From an uncultured Desulfobacterales bacterium (GTDB taxonomy: Bacteria; Desulfobacterota; DSM-4660; Desulfatiglandales; HGW-15): a stretch of DNA of 45,282 bases. The position numbers and the translations under genes were made by a program. The stretch covers positions 1-45,282 of the forward strand of contig CAYYVD010000002.1 in the NCBI GenBank assembly GCA_964475045.1, in the 5' to 3' direction. Shown piece by piece: positions 33,664 to 43,479 of this stretch. Positions within the stretch are counted from its first letter, which is position 1. Every line of letters starts with the position of its first letter. Under the pieces are notes generated by a model, which ran no database searches, was not told where the DNA came from, and saw only the letters and a list, made by a program, of their open reading frames with translations.

Positions 33664-35982
33664 ATGACCTTTCCTGACAGGGAAGTGCTTTTCAAAACCC
33701 TGCTCGCCGTCATCCTCCTCACGGCCTTCTGCCTCTCGGCCTCTCCGGGTTTCCCGCAGGTCCTTCGGTTGGGCCAGCCCTCCGAAAAATCGACCGGAAA
33801 CGCGGAGACCACGGTCCAGGACCTGGAGTCCCTGGTCCAGACCATCGAGGATCCAAACTCGCGAAAGGTGCTCCTGGACCAGCTGCGCGCCCTGATCGAG
33901 GCGCAGAAGGCGGGAGACAAAGCGGAGGCGGAAAAGGACAAGTCCGCCGCCGAGGCCGGCACCGCCCAGTTCTCGGAGTTTGTCTTCTCCCGCTTCGAGA
34001 CCTATCTGTCACGGATCATGGCCTCCGGCCGGATGACGGGTGAGCTCCTCACCAGAGCGCCTTCCGCGCTCCGGGAGGCACGCCGTCACCTGACCGCGCC
34101 CGACACGCAGCGGGCGCTCCTGCGGGTCCTGGCCGTGGCCCTGGGGGCCTTCTTCATATCCCTGCTCTCGAGGCTTCTGGTTTATCGTCGACTGCCGGCA
34201 CCTCCCCCCGAAGAAGCCTTCTGGCCCCGCCGCGCAGCCGCCTCGATCGGTACCGGCCTCCTTCGCATCCTTCCCACAGGCCTCGCGCTTCTGGCCCTCT
34301 TTCTGTTCTTTCGGGCCGTGCCCTCCCCGCCCGTGGGCCGCGCCATCGTATTCCACATCTTCATCGTGCTTTTCGGCTACCGCATGGTGGTGGAGACGGT
34401 CCGCGCCCTGCTCTCGCCGGACGAGCCCGGTCTTCGCATTCTCTGGATGAACGACGAGAGCGCCTACTACTACTGGTTCTGGCTCAGGCGGTTCGCCGAT
34501 TACACGGGCCTCTACTTCATGGTGGTGGGCACCCTGTACCTCACCCCGTTCCCCGAGTCCCCGCTCCTGTTTGTCCGCGGACTCCTGCTTCTCGTGTTCC
34601 CTTGCATGGTCACGGCCTTCGTCCTCCAGGTCGCCAAGGACCTGCGGGCCAGGGCGGCCGAGCCCTTACCGGCCGAACGCCCCGGGGACCGGAAGTGGAA
34701 GCGTCTCCTATATCGAATCTTTCCGGTGGTGGCCGTTCTTTACAGCTGGGCCTTTTTCCTGGTCCTCATTGCGAGCCGGGAGGAGGGATTCGACTTCGTC
34801 CTCCGGGCCACCCTGGGGACGGTCGTGACCGTTCCCGCCTTGACTGCGGCCATGCAGCTTCTCGACCGGCTCTTCGACAAGCTCTTCGAAGTACACGAGC
34901 GGATCAAGGAGCGGGTCCCCGGCATCGAGGAGCGGGTCGACCGGCATCTGACCATCGTCCGCCAGGTCTCGGCCGGAGCGCTCGTGCTCATTGCGGCCGG
35001 CGTGGTGGCCGAGTTCTGGGGAATTCCCGTCAGCACCTTCGTCGTCTCCAAGGTGGGCTCCACCCTCCTCCTTCGAGCGGTGACCATCGCCTTGACCCTG
35101 GCCGTTGTGATCCTGGTGCTCCAGCTCAGCCGGGTGCTGGCCGTCTACGTCCTGCGGGAGGTGGAAGGCCGCGTGGTCACCCAGAAGAAAAAAACCCTGA
35201 TTCCCATGATCCGCACCGCCCTCAACATCACGGCGGTCTTTGTGGGCGGTATCGTGATCCTCGACCGGCTCGGCGTGGACACCACCCCGATTCTCGCCGG
35301 GGCGGGCATCCTGGGCCTGGCCGTGGGGTTCGGCTCCCAGACCCTGGTCAAGGACCTGATCAACGGGTTGTTCATCCTGTTCGAGGAGAGCATCCGCGTG
35401 GGAGACTGGGCCCAGGTGGGGGACAAGGACGGGGAGGTGGAGTCGGTCGGGCTCCGGACCGTCCAGCTTCGAGACCTGAAAGGGAACGTCCATGTGATCC
35501 CCAACAGCACCATCGATGCGGTGACCAACTACAGCAAGGATTTCTCGAGAAGCGTCATGGACATCGGCGTGGCCTACCGGGAGGACGTGGACGAGGTCAT
35601 CGGGATCCTCGAGGAGCTGGGCGAGGAGCTCCGGAACGATCCCGAGTTCGGGCCCTCGATCCTGGGCCCCCTCGAGGTTTTCGGCCTGGACCGCTTCGAG
35701 GACTCCGCCATCGTCGTACGCATCCGATTCAACACCAAACCCATGAAGCAATGGAGCGTCAAACGGGCGTACTATCGCCGGATGAAGCGGGTGTTCGACG
35801 AGCGCGGCATCGAGATCCCCTTCCCCCACCGGACGCTGTACATGGGGGAGCCCAAGGAAGGCTCCGCACCGCCCGTCGACCTAAGGATGGAGAAAAGGGA
35901 CGGAGAGAACGAAAAACCGAAGGGGCAAGGAGCTTCACCGGCGGCCGAAGAGAGGGATCGGCCCTCGAAGCGGGAAGAGTAG
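33664..35982 (+). CDS. Large MscS-family mechanosensitive channel (MscK/MscM-like, N-terminal periplasmic and multi-TM extension)
   Basis: MscS core: LINGLFILFEESIRVGDWAQVGDKDGEVESVGLRTVQLRDLKGNVHVIPNS..YSKDFSR. Signal-like N-terminus and many TM segments. Charged low-complexity C-terminal tail. Confidence 0.8.
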   Translation: MTFPDREVLFKTLLAVILLTAFCLSASPGFPQVLRLGQPSEKSTGNAETTVQDLESLVQTIEDPNSRKVLLDQLRALIEAQKAGDKAEAEKDKSAAEAGTAQFSEFVFSRFETYLSRIMASGRMTGELLTRAPSALREARRHLTAPDTQRALLRVLAVALGAFFISLLSRLLVYRRLPAPPPEEAFWPRRAAASIGTGLLRILPTGLALLALFLFFRAVPSPPVGRAIVFHIFIVLFGYRMVVETVRALLSPDEPGLRILWMNDESAYYYWFWLRRFADYTGLYFMVVGTLYLTPFPESPLLFVRGLLLLVFPCMVTAFVLQVAKDLRARAAEPLPAERPGDRKWKRLLYRIFPVVAVLYSWAFFLVLIASREEGFDFVLRATLGTVVTVPALTAAMQLLDRLFDKLFEVHERIKERVPGIEERVDRHLTIVRQVSAGALVLIAAGVVAEFWGIPVSTFVVSKVGSTLLLRAVTIALTLAVVILVLQLSRVLAVYVLREVEGRVVTQKKKTLIPMIRTALNITAVFVGGIVILDRLGVDTTPILAGAGILGLAVGFGSQTLVKDLINGLFILFEESIRVGDWAQVGDKDGEVESVGLRTVQLRDLKGNVHVIPNSTIDAVTNYSKDFSRSVMDIGVAYREDVDEVIGILEELGEELRNDPEFGPSILGPLEVFGLDRFEDSAIVVRIRFNTKPMKQWSVKRAYYRRMKRVFDERGIEIPFPHRTLYMGEPKEGSAPPVDLRMEKRDGENEKPKGQGASPAAEERDRPSKREE

Positions 35983-36635
35983 AAAACCACGCGCCGAAAG
36001 GACTCGGCCTCCCGAAGGTCCGGGAGGGTGTCCGCCTCCGCCTGGTGAAACCGGAGATAACCGGAGTCTTCGGCGACCCGCACCCTGGCGTCCGCGAGGA
36101 GGACGCGGCGGGCCAATCGGGGGAGCGTGTCCACGAGAGGACGGCTCTCCGGGTCGTAGAGCACGTCCGAGGCCGTGACGAGATCGGGCCGGTGCTCGAG
36201 CTCCTCCAGGGAATGGCAGACCCTCACCTCCACGCCGTTCAGGCGCGCGTTGGCGCGGACCGCCTCCAAGGCGTCTTCGTCCAGGTCGCAGGCCGTGACC
36301 TCACGGGCGCCCGCCATGGCGGCCGCCACGGCCGCCACCCCGGACCCCGTTCCCACGTCCAGCACCCGCATGCGCCGACACCAGACGGGATTCGCCAGCA
36401 GGAAGGCGGCCAGGGCATGGCCCGCAGCCCAGCAGAAGGCCCAGTAGGGCGTCCGCTTCAGGATGGAGCGCACCTCGTCCGGCGAAAAGGCCCGGTCCAT
36501 GTTGTCCGGGGAGACCAGGTGGAGCCGGATGGCCGGGCACCGGTCCAGAGCACGCACCTCGACCCGGGCCTCCGGCAGGGTCTTTCGAAGCAGGCGCGTG
36601 AGGCGCTCGCGGTCAGAGCAGCATGCATCCTTCAT
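35772..36635 (-). CDS. Class I SAM-dependent methyltransferase (COG3897 / PrmA-like small methyltransferase)
   Basis: PYWAFCWAAGHALAAFLL, RVLDVGTGSGVAAVAAAMAGAREVTACDLDEDALEAVRANARLNGV and ASDVLYD. The ATG at 36635 lies just downstream of the tamB stop. Homology appears to end near ..FRRVVFY (~nt 35975). The remaining ~65 codons run antisense through the end of the MscS gene. Confidence 0.65.
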   Translation of the reverse strand: MKDACCSDRERLTRLLRKTLPEARVEVRALDRCPAIRLHLVSPDNMDRAFSPDEVRSILKRTPYWAFCWAAGHALAAFLLANPVWCRRMRVLDVGTGSGVAAVAAAMAGAREVTACDLDEDALEAVRANARLNGVEVRVCHSLEELEHRPDLVTASDVLYDPESRPLVDTLPRLARRVLLADARVRVAEDSGYLRFHQAEADTLPDLREAESFRRVVFYSSRFEGRSLSSAAGEAPCPFGFSFSPSLFSILRSTGGAEPSLGSPMYSVRWGKGISMPRSSNTRFIRR

Positions 36636-36649
36636 GGCAACGCCCATTG

Positions 36650-39600
36650 TCAGTAGTCCCACTTCCATTTGACTTCCACGCCGCCTGCAGCGTCGGCGCC
36701 CACCTCGGTCTCCACGGAGATCCTGGGCGTCACCTCGACCTCCACGGACACCCTTCCCTCATCCGTGCCCAGGCCCTTCTCCACCGCCACGTAGGCGTTC
36801 TCCCCCACGTACTTGCCGACGCTGAGGGCGGTGGACCCCTGGGCCCCGTCCGACTGAATCACCTCTACCTGATCCAGGCCGATGGCCTGCTGCGCCCGGT
36901 CCAGGAACCCGAACGCCTTCCCCCCGGCAAGGGCGTCCGTGGCCCGCGCCAGCTTCAGGGCCTGAATGGGGCTGATGCTCGCCAGGCTCCGGCCAAAGAG
37001 CAGCCGGGCCATGACCTCGTCCCGGGGCATGGGGGGATCCGAGGTAACCTGGACGCGAAGGCTGGACGGCCGGCCCGACAGGATCACCCTCCCGGTCAGG
37101 TCCTCCATGCGGCGCTCGGCCGTGACCTCCATCAGGGGGTCGGGCGGATGCGACCCATTGAGCACCACCGTACCCGCGGTCAGGGAGAACCGCTCCCCGA
37201 AGAGGTCGTAGTGGCCCCGAACCATGGAGAGCTCTCCGGTGATCTCGGACGCGGCAGTGTTTCCCTCGACCTGCAGCCGGCCTTTCCACTCGGAGTCCAA
37301 GCCCCGGCCGCGAACGAATGCCCGCCCCGGGATCTCCAGGACCAGGTCCAGGACGATCTCCGGGCCCGACGGATCGTCCCCGGAAGGCGTCCCCTTCGAT
37401 GAAGCCGTTTGCCCGTCTTCCTGCGCGTCCACCACCTCGATCTCGTGGATCTTCGGGGGCAGCCGGTCCGGTATACGCGCTTCCAGGGACGAAACCTGCA
37501 CCCGGCCTTGGACACGGGCCTCGCGCATGGACCCGGACACCGCCACCTCGCCGCCGGTCTTGGCCCTGAGGTCATCCAGGCCCACCAGGCGGAACCCGTC
37601 CAGGGTGGCGTCGACCTCGAAGGGGAATCCCCGCTCCGGAAGAAGCCGAAGACGTCCTTCGGCCTCCATGTGCCCTCCGTCTCCGTCCACGGCTCCGGCA
37701 TGCTCCAGCACCACCTGCCGTCCGTCCACACGCAGGAGCGCACTCACCTCCCGAAACACGCTGCCGCTTCGAAGCAGCTCGTACCCTCCCCGGTCCACCC
37801 GGACCTCCCCCTTCACCGCAGGCTCGGCCGGGGAGCCCGACAGGGACAGATCGGCCAGGAGCCGCCCGGACGTTCGATGGCCCTCCAGACCGAACCACAC
37901 GGGAACGGGTTCCAGGTCCACGTCCGCCTGGACCCGGCCCTGCATCTCGCCCCCTGGGGGCAAATCCACCGTCAGTGGGGACAGGGACACCTCCAGCGGG
38001 AGGGTGAACTCGGCCTCCAGGGGATTCGTGTCTTCTCCCTGGGCTACGGACAGGCGGGTCTTCAAACGGTCCTCCTCGTAGGAGGCCCCACCATCGATGC
38101 GAAACCGGGGAAGACGACCGGAGGAAACCCCAGATGGGCGGACCCCTCGAGCGGTCAGCTCGACCTCTCCGCGGGGGACTCGAGGGGATCCCGAAAGCCG
38201 GAGGACGGCGTCCGCCGAACCCTCCAGAGAAGGCGCACCGGCCAGGGCCAGGAGCGAGAGAGGAAGCGCCTCCACACGGGCCTCGAGGTCGATCGCCCCG
38301 GCCAGGGAACCTGTCAGCGAGACGGTCCCCCTGCCGGCCCGCACGCGAAGGCCCGGGGTGGCGAACCCGTTCTTTCGCAAGCGCACCTCGGACGCCTGCT
38401 CGAGCCTCAGATCATGGGTCCCCAGCCTTCCTTCCAGCGACTCGAGCTCCAGGACCCTCTGCCCCTCGCTCCAGCGAAGCCGACCCTTCGACGCCCCTTG
38501 AAACGAAACTCCCGCACGCCCACTTCCTTGGAGATCGAAGGACAGGGTCTCGATGTCGCCTCGAGCCTGCACCACCAGATCCTTCAGGTCGAGACGATCG
38601 CGCCGAAACGCCTTTACCCGGAGCCCGGCCTCACCCGCCGGGGACCGAAAGGCGTTGCGCACCTTCCCGTGCAGGTCGACCCGGCGAGCAGACCCCATGG
38701 ATGAGACCATCTCGTCCATCCGGAGGTCCACCTCCACGTTCTGCGCGGCCTCCTCCCGAAAGAGATGAAGCGCGAGCCCGGCTCGACCGCTCAGGTCGTG
38801 TCCCAGGAAGGGCCGGAGGGAAGCGAGGTCTTCCACGGCTCCGTTCAGCCGTCCCTCCACCGTACTCGAGGGCGTGTGTATTCTCAGATCGCCGGAGACA
38901 TCGGTGCCGGCTCCCTGGACCGACAGGCCCTTGATCTCGATCCAGGGTGATCCCACGGTGGCGTCTGCGCGGGCCGTCACGGTCAGGTCCTCCCGGACCG
39001 CCTCCATGCGCACCCGCCCTCGAGGAGCGGGCCGGAGCCTTTCGACGTCGAGCATCGCACGGACGGTCTGAATGGACACCTGATTCACCAACGCATCGCG
39101 GATCGTCACCTCCGCGTCGATCTCAGGCGCACCGAACGGACCTCGGGCCTCGGCTCGAATCGAGGCCTCTCCAGACACAGGGAGCCCGGCAGCGGCGGAG
39201 AGCGCCCCCACCTCGGGAAATCGGACCTGCATCGACGCTCGACCGGTTCCCTGTTCCAGGTCCGCCTCCCCCTCCATGCGAACCTCCCCGGCCGGGAGGC
39301 TCGCCTCGAATCCCGAGACCCGGGCCGTCCGGCCCCGAAGCAGGGAGACCCTCCCCTGAAAGGCGACCCCGCCGGCGAGGAGGGGCTGAAAACCGTCCGG
39401 CAGGGGTGACAACTCATCCACGCGTCCCTGCACATCGACAAACACGGAACGGCTGATCCCGCTCGCCTGAACCAAGGCGGACAGAGCCCCCTTTCCTCGC
39501 ACCCCTTTCCCCTGGAACCAGGGAGCTTCGCCCAGTTCCTCGACCGCCAGGCGCAGCCGTCCGTCCAGGAGTGCATCGTCGAGCCGCAGCCGACCGCTGA

Positions 39601-41116
39601 ACACGCTCTCGAGGCCCTTGTCGGCCACCCGCAAGGTAGAAATCGACCATGCCTCCGGCGAGTCGAGCACCATGTCGAGGCCCCATCGAGTGTGCTCCCG
39701 TTGCAGCGGGGGATTCAGAGTCCGGACCGTCAGATCCTGAACCGACCCTTCCCCCATGACCTGCAGCCCGTGTAGAAATGGAAACACCGCCTTCTCCCCC
39801 GGACGGAGCCGGAGCGACGCCGTGGCGGTGCCGGCTTCCATGCCGGCCACTCGAAGGTTCGACCACCCCAAGGACACATCGGCCTCCGGGGCGACCAACG
39901 GACCCCGAAGCCGTGCCTCCACCTCGACCCGGCCGGACGCTTCGGGCAGCCCGGTCCCGTGGATTCGTGCGAGGTCCGGCAGGGTCAGCGCAACCCGCGC
40001 GCTCCCGGTGCGCTCCTGCTCGGAAAAGCGGCCGGAGGCCAGGAGCTCGGCGCCGGCCGCGTTCAGGGCGAGCCGGTCCACCGACACCAGACCGCGGTCT
40101 GTGCGCACGACCTGCACGGAGAAACCGGCGCCTCCATCCTCGAGAAGGCCCGCCGCCTCGGCCGGCACCAGGGTCTCCCGCATCTGGATCTCTCCGGTCG
40201 CTTTCACGGAGAGACGATCCGTTCCTGCCTGCACGAGGAGCTCGGAGCGGATCTCGCCCCAGGACGCGCTTTGGCCTTCGAGCCGTCCCCGCCAGTCGTC
40301 CGGAGGTCCTTTTCCAGAGAGTCGAAGGCTCGAAGCACCGGGCTGAATGCCGGCCAGTCGAAACAGCATTCCCTGGTCGGGGGAGAGCACGTGAGCGTCG
40401 AGCTCCAGATGCACCGGGGCGGTCTCGAGCACCCACCGGACCCCCGCCCGTTCCTCCGGCTTATCCAGCCGCCGGACCTGGAAGCTTCCCCGAATCGCGC
40501 TCCCCGAACCGGAAACGTCCATGGATCCGGAAACCGACAGCCGGGCCTCATCGCCCAGCACAGGACGGTGGATGACCAGACGGGGCACGGACACCCGTTG
40601 CACGACAACGGCCGGCAGGGAAGACGGCCGGGTGGCTTCACCCGTTTCCGGCGCCGCCCCGTTCGGTGGGCTCGGGGGCCTGCGCAGGAAGTTCACCCGG
40701 TCCGCCTGTACGTGGCCGATGAACAGGCGTCCCCGCAGCAGCTCCTCCGGGCGCCATTGGAAGGAGAAGCCCTCCACTCGAAGCCACGGCTCACCGTCCT
40801 CCCCCAGCACCAGTCGATCCACCCGGACATCCAGGGGCACGATCCCGCGGAGGCCCTCCACACGGAGGGCTGTGCCGGTTCGGGACTCCACGGTCTGCTC
40901 GATCCAGGAGGTCAGCACCGCCTTTGCGGTGCGGGTCTGAGCAAGGGCCAGGCAGGCGCTCAGACCGAGGACCAGGCCGAGCGTTAACCACACCACCCAG
41001 CGCACGATGCGTCCGGTCCGCGAGCTCCCGGGGGGCGGATCGTTCCGTCCGCCGCCCGGGGCCTGCGGAGATTCGATCGGCGCGGGCGGCCTATGGGGGG
41101 GTGATGTCTGTGCCAT
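36650..41116 (-). CDS. tamB: Translocation and assembly module protein TamB (AsmA-like, DUF490 C-terminus)
   Basis: 1488 aa. There is an N-terminal TM anchor (IVRWVVWLTLGLVLGLSACLALA) and a long repetitive beta-rich body. The DUF490-type C-terminus reads SDPPMPRDEVMARLLFGRS...LSVGKYVGENAYVAVEKGL...VEVEVTPRISVETEVG. Confidence 0.8.
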   Translation of the reverse strand: MAQTSPPHRPPAPIESPQAPGGGRNDPPPGSSRTGRIVRWVVWLTLGLVLGLSACLALAQTRTAKAVLTSWIEQTVESRTGTALRVEGLRGIVPLDVRVDRLVLGEDGEPWLRVEGFSFQWRPEELLRGRLFIGHVQADRVNFLRRPPSPPNGAAPETGEATRPSSLPAVVVQRVSVPRLVIHRPVLGDEARLSVSGSMDVSGSGSAIRGSFQVRRLDKPEERAGVRWVLETAPVHLELDAHVLSPDQGMLFRLAGIQPGASSLRLSGKGPPDDWRGRLEGQSASWGEIRSELLVQAGTDRLSVKATGEIQMRETLVPAEAAGLLEDGGAGFSVQVVRTDRGLVSVDRLALNAAGAELLASGRFSEQERTGSARVALTLPDLARIHGTGLPEASGRVEVEARLRGPLVAPEADVSLGWSNLRVAGMEAGTATASLRLRPGEKAVFPFLHGLQVMGEGSVQDLTVRTLNPPLQREHTRWGLDMVLDSPEAWSISTLRVADKGLESVFSGRLRLDDALLDGRLRLAVEELGEAPWFQGKGVRGKGALSALVQASGISRSVFVDVQGRVDELSPLPDGFQPLLAGGVAFQGRVSLLRGRTARVSGFEASLPAGEVRMEGEADLEQGTGRASMQVRFPEVGALSAAAGLPVSGEASIRAEARGPFGAPEIDAEVTIRDALVNQVSIQTVRAMLDVERLRPAPRGRVRMEAVREDLTVTARADATVGSPWIEIKGLSVQGAGTDVSGDLRIHTPSSTVEGRLNGAVEDLASLRPFLGHDLSGRAGLALHLFREEAAQNVEVDLRMDEMVSSMGSARRVDLHGKVRNAFRSPAGEAGLRVKAFRRDRLDLKDLVVQARGDIETLSFDLQGSGRAGVSFQGASKGRLRWSEGQRVLELESLEGRLGTHDLRLEQASEVRLRKNGFATPGLRVRAGRGTVSLTGSLAGAIDLEARVEALPLSLLALAGAPSLEGSADAVLRLSGSPRVPRGEVELTARGVRPSGVSSGRLPRFRIDGGASYEEDRLKTRLSVAQGEDTNPLEAEFTLPLEVSLSPLTVDLPPGGEMQGRVQADVDLEPVPVWFGLEGHRTSGRLLADLSLSGSPAEPAVKGEVRVDRGGYELLRSGSVFREVSALLRVDGRQVVLEHAGAVDGDGGHMEAEGRLRLLPERGFPFEVDATLDGFRLVGLDDLRAKTGGEVAVSGSMREARVQGRVQVSSLEARIPDRLPPKIHEIEVVDAQEDGQTASSKGTPSGDDPSGPEIVLDLVLEIPGRAFVRGRGLDSEWKGRLQVEGNTAASEITGELSMVRGHYDLFGERFSLTAGTVVLNGSHPPDPLMEVTAERRMEDLTGRVILSGRPSSLRVQVTSDPPMPRDEVMARLLFGRSLASISPIQALKLARATDALAGGKAFGFLDRAQQAIGLDQVEVIQSDGAQGSTALSVGKYVGENAYVAVEKGLGTDEGRVSVEVEVTPRISVETEVGADAAGGVEVKWKWDY

Positions 41117-41303
41117 GAAAACAGGATCCTTGGGCCCGAAGGAACCTCGAGAGACATCCTTTCAAAATAGTGCCGGGCTTCGAAGAAGTAAAGCCTCCGC
41201 CAGGACCCTGGCGAAGGATTTCTTCGTGACGTGCGGACCCGAAACCGGTATCCTGAATCAAACCGGTTCGAGCCGATGCTCGGCGCCCTCGAAGGAGCGG
41301 TCC

Positions 41304-42671
41304 ATGGATCTGCACAAGCTGTTCTCGCCCAAGAGCATGGCGGTGGTGGGTGTGTCCACCGGCAACGACCTCCATCCCGCCAATGTCATCTACCGTAAAA
41401 ACCACCTCCGGTATCCCGTCCGGACCTTTGCCGTCAATCCGCGCGGCGGCGCTCTCCACGGGGATCCCGTCTACCCCGAGCTGGCGAGCGTTCCGGAGCC
41501 CGTGGACCTCGCCGTGATCGCCGTTCGTGCGGAGCAGGTCCCGGACGTGCTGGAAGACTGCATTCGAAGCGGAGCCGGGGGTGCGGCCGTCATCTCCGGA
41601 GGCTTTGCCGAGACCGGTCGCAACGACCTGCAGGAACGTCTCGCGTCCATGGCACGGGAGGCGGACTTTCCTCTGGTGGGTCCCAACTGCCTGGGCTTCT
41701 ACGCGCCTTCCTTGGTGGACACCTTTTTTCTCCCCAGCGAGCGCATGGTCCAGCCCCGGCCGGGCAACGTGGCCCTCGTGAGCCAGAGCGGCGGCATTCT
41801 CGTGGATCAGATGGTCAAGTTCGCCGGGGAAGGGCTCGGGCTCTCCCTGGGTGTGAGCATCGGCAACAAAGCGGTGATCCGGGAGCTGGACATGCTCCGG
41901 TATCTGGCCGCGGACGACCGGACGGACGTCATCGCCTTCTATGTGGAGGGGTTCGGTCCCAACGAGGGACGTGCATTCGTGCTCGAGGCCTGCGACTGCT
42001 CAAAGCCCGTGATCGTGCTCAAGGCGGGCAAGAGCCCGGGGGGCAGCCGGGCGGTCTCCAGCCACACGGCCTCCATGGCTGGAGACTACCGGGTGTTCTC
42101 CTCGGTCCTGGCCCAGCACGGGGTGGTGGAGGCCAGGAACGAGTTCGAGCTGGTCGCCTTCTGCGAGGCCTTGAGCTACTACCCGCGATCCGTCGACGGG
42201 CGCGTGGGCATCGTGACCGGAAGCGGAGGGCACGGAGCCATCGCCGTGGACACCTGCACCTCCCACGAGCTCTCCGTGCCCGGCCTGAAGGAGGACCTGC
42301 AAAACGAGATCCGAGACCGGCTGTCACCCAGCGTTCGAAGCATCGCCTCTCTGGGGAACCCACTGGACCTGACCGGAAGCGCGGTGGACGACGACTTTTT
42401 CGCGGCCGTGGACAGCCTGAGCCGGTCCGAGGAGCTCGACTGCATTCTCCTGCTTCTTCTACCCTATCTACCTGGAATCACATCTGATCTTGGCGCGCGT
42501 CTGAGCCAGGTCACCCACCACTCGGGCAAGCCTCTGGTGGCCTACGTCCCCCATGTGGACAAGTACAACATGCTGATCGAGGGGTTTGAGCTCAATCACG
42601 TGCCGGTTTCCCCTTCCATCGAAGGGGCGGTGCACCGTGTGGAGGCCATGAAAAGGAGTCGACCGTGCTGA
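41304..42671 (+). CDS. ADP-forming acyl/acetyl-CoA synthetase, alpha subunit (CoA-binding plus succinyl-CoA-ligase-like flavodoxin domains)
   Basis: LFSPKSMAVVGVS, DLAVIAV, VISGGFAETG, LVGPNCLGF and the phosphohistidine-region SSHTASMAG. The ATG at 41304 follows AAGGAG. The upstream 99 codons of the track ORF are non-coding. Confidence 0.8.
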   Translation: MDLHKLFSPKSMAVVGVSTGNDLHPANVIYRKNHLRYPVRTFAVNPRGGALHGDPVYPELASVPEPVDLAVIAVRAEQVPDVLEDCIRSGAGGAAVISGGFAETGRNDLQERLASMAREADFPLVGPNCLGFYAPSLVDTFFLPSERMVQPRPGNVALVSQSGGILVDQMVKFAGEGLGLSLGVSIGNKAVIRELDMLRYLAADDRTDVIAFYVEGFGPNEGRAFVLEACDCSKPVIVLKAGKSPGGSRAVSSHTASMAGDYRVFSSVLAQHGVVEARNEFELVAFCEALSYYPRSVDGRVGIVTGSGGHGAIAVDTCTSHELSVPGLKEDLQNEIRDRLSPSVRSIASLGNPLDLTGSAVDDDFFAAVDSLSRSEELDCILLLLLPYLPGITSDLGARLSQVTHHSGKPLVAYVPHVDKYNMLIEGFELNHVPVSPSIEGAVHRVEAMKRSRPC

Positions 42672-43348
42672 GCAAGGACATTCTGGACATCCTGGAGCGG
42701 TCCCGGGATCGGGGTTGGGTCCTCGAGCCCGACGCCAAACGCCTCTTGAGGGCGGCCGGGCTGGAGGTTCCGCGCTTTCTTCACACCGACGATCCGGAGG
42801 AGGCCGTCCGGTTCGCCGAGGACCTCGCGTTTCCCGTGGTGGCCAAGGTGGTTTCTTCGAAGATTCTTCACAAGTCCGACGTCGGGGGCGTGGAAACCGG
42901 CATTCGGGACGCCGCCGGCCTGCGCCGGGCCATGGAGCGTTTCGCCGGTCTGGAGGGCTATGAGGGGACCCTCGTGGAGCAGAGCGTCCAGGGTCTGGAG
43001 CTGATCGTCGGGGCCAAGGTGGACGAGCAGTTCGGCCCTGTGGTCCTGCTCGGAATCGGAGGGACCGCCGTGGAGATCTACCAGGACACGGTCATCCGCA
43101 TGGCCCCCCTTGTCCGGCGTGACGTGGAGTCCATGGTTCACGGTCTCAAGGCGCATCGCCTCCTCGAAGGGTACCGCGGCGCCGATCCCGTGGACATGGA
43201 CGCCTTGAGCCGGGCTTTGATGGATTTTTCCTCGCTTCTGATGGGCATCGCCGACCACATCGACTCTGTGGACCTGAATCCCCTGATGTGCTCTGCAGAC
43301 CGCTGCGTGGTGGCGGACGCCCGCATCCTGCTCACATCCCCGGCCTGA
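42665..43348 (+). CDS. ADP-forming acyl/acetyl-CoA synthetase, beta subunit (ATP-grasp_5)
   Basis: E.DAKRLLRAAGLEVP, FPVVAKVVS.KILHKSDVGGV, GPVVLLGIGG and DLNPL. The GTG start overlaps the alpha-subunit stop by 7 nt. Confidence 0.8.
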   Translation: MLSKDILDILERSRDRGWVLEPDAKRLLRAAGLEVPRFLHTDDPEEAVRFAEDLAFPVVAKVVSSKILHKSDVGGVETGIRDAAGLRRAMERFAGLEGYEGTLVEQSVQGLELIVGAKVDEQFGPVVLLGIGGTAVEIYQDTVIRMAPLVRRDVESMVHGLKAHRLLEGYRGADPVDMDALSRALMDFSSLLMGIADHIDSVDLNPLMCSADRCVVADARILLTSPA

Positions 43349-43390
43349 CGCCGGGCCTTCCTCCTGCTCTCCCGCTTCGACATGGCCCCC

Positions 43391-43418
43391 TTGACAGGGT
43401 GGGATCGGGCATTATCGT
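43391..43418 (+). promoter_or_regulatory. Promoter candidate upstream of hsp20 (sigma70-like; the -35 context also resembles sigma32 CCCTTGAA)
   Basis: CCCCCTTGACA with TTGACA at 43391-43396, a 16-nt spacer, then TATCGT at 43413-43418. Confidence 0.3.
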
Positions 43419-43479
43419 CCCAGAAGAAACCGGACGAATGCATTCGATGACGAACCACCCAGCGAAAAAGGAGGTCGTT

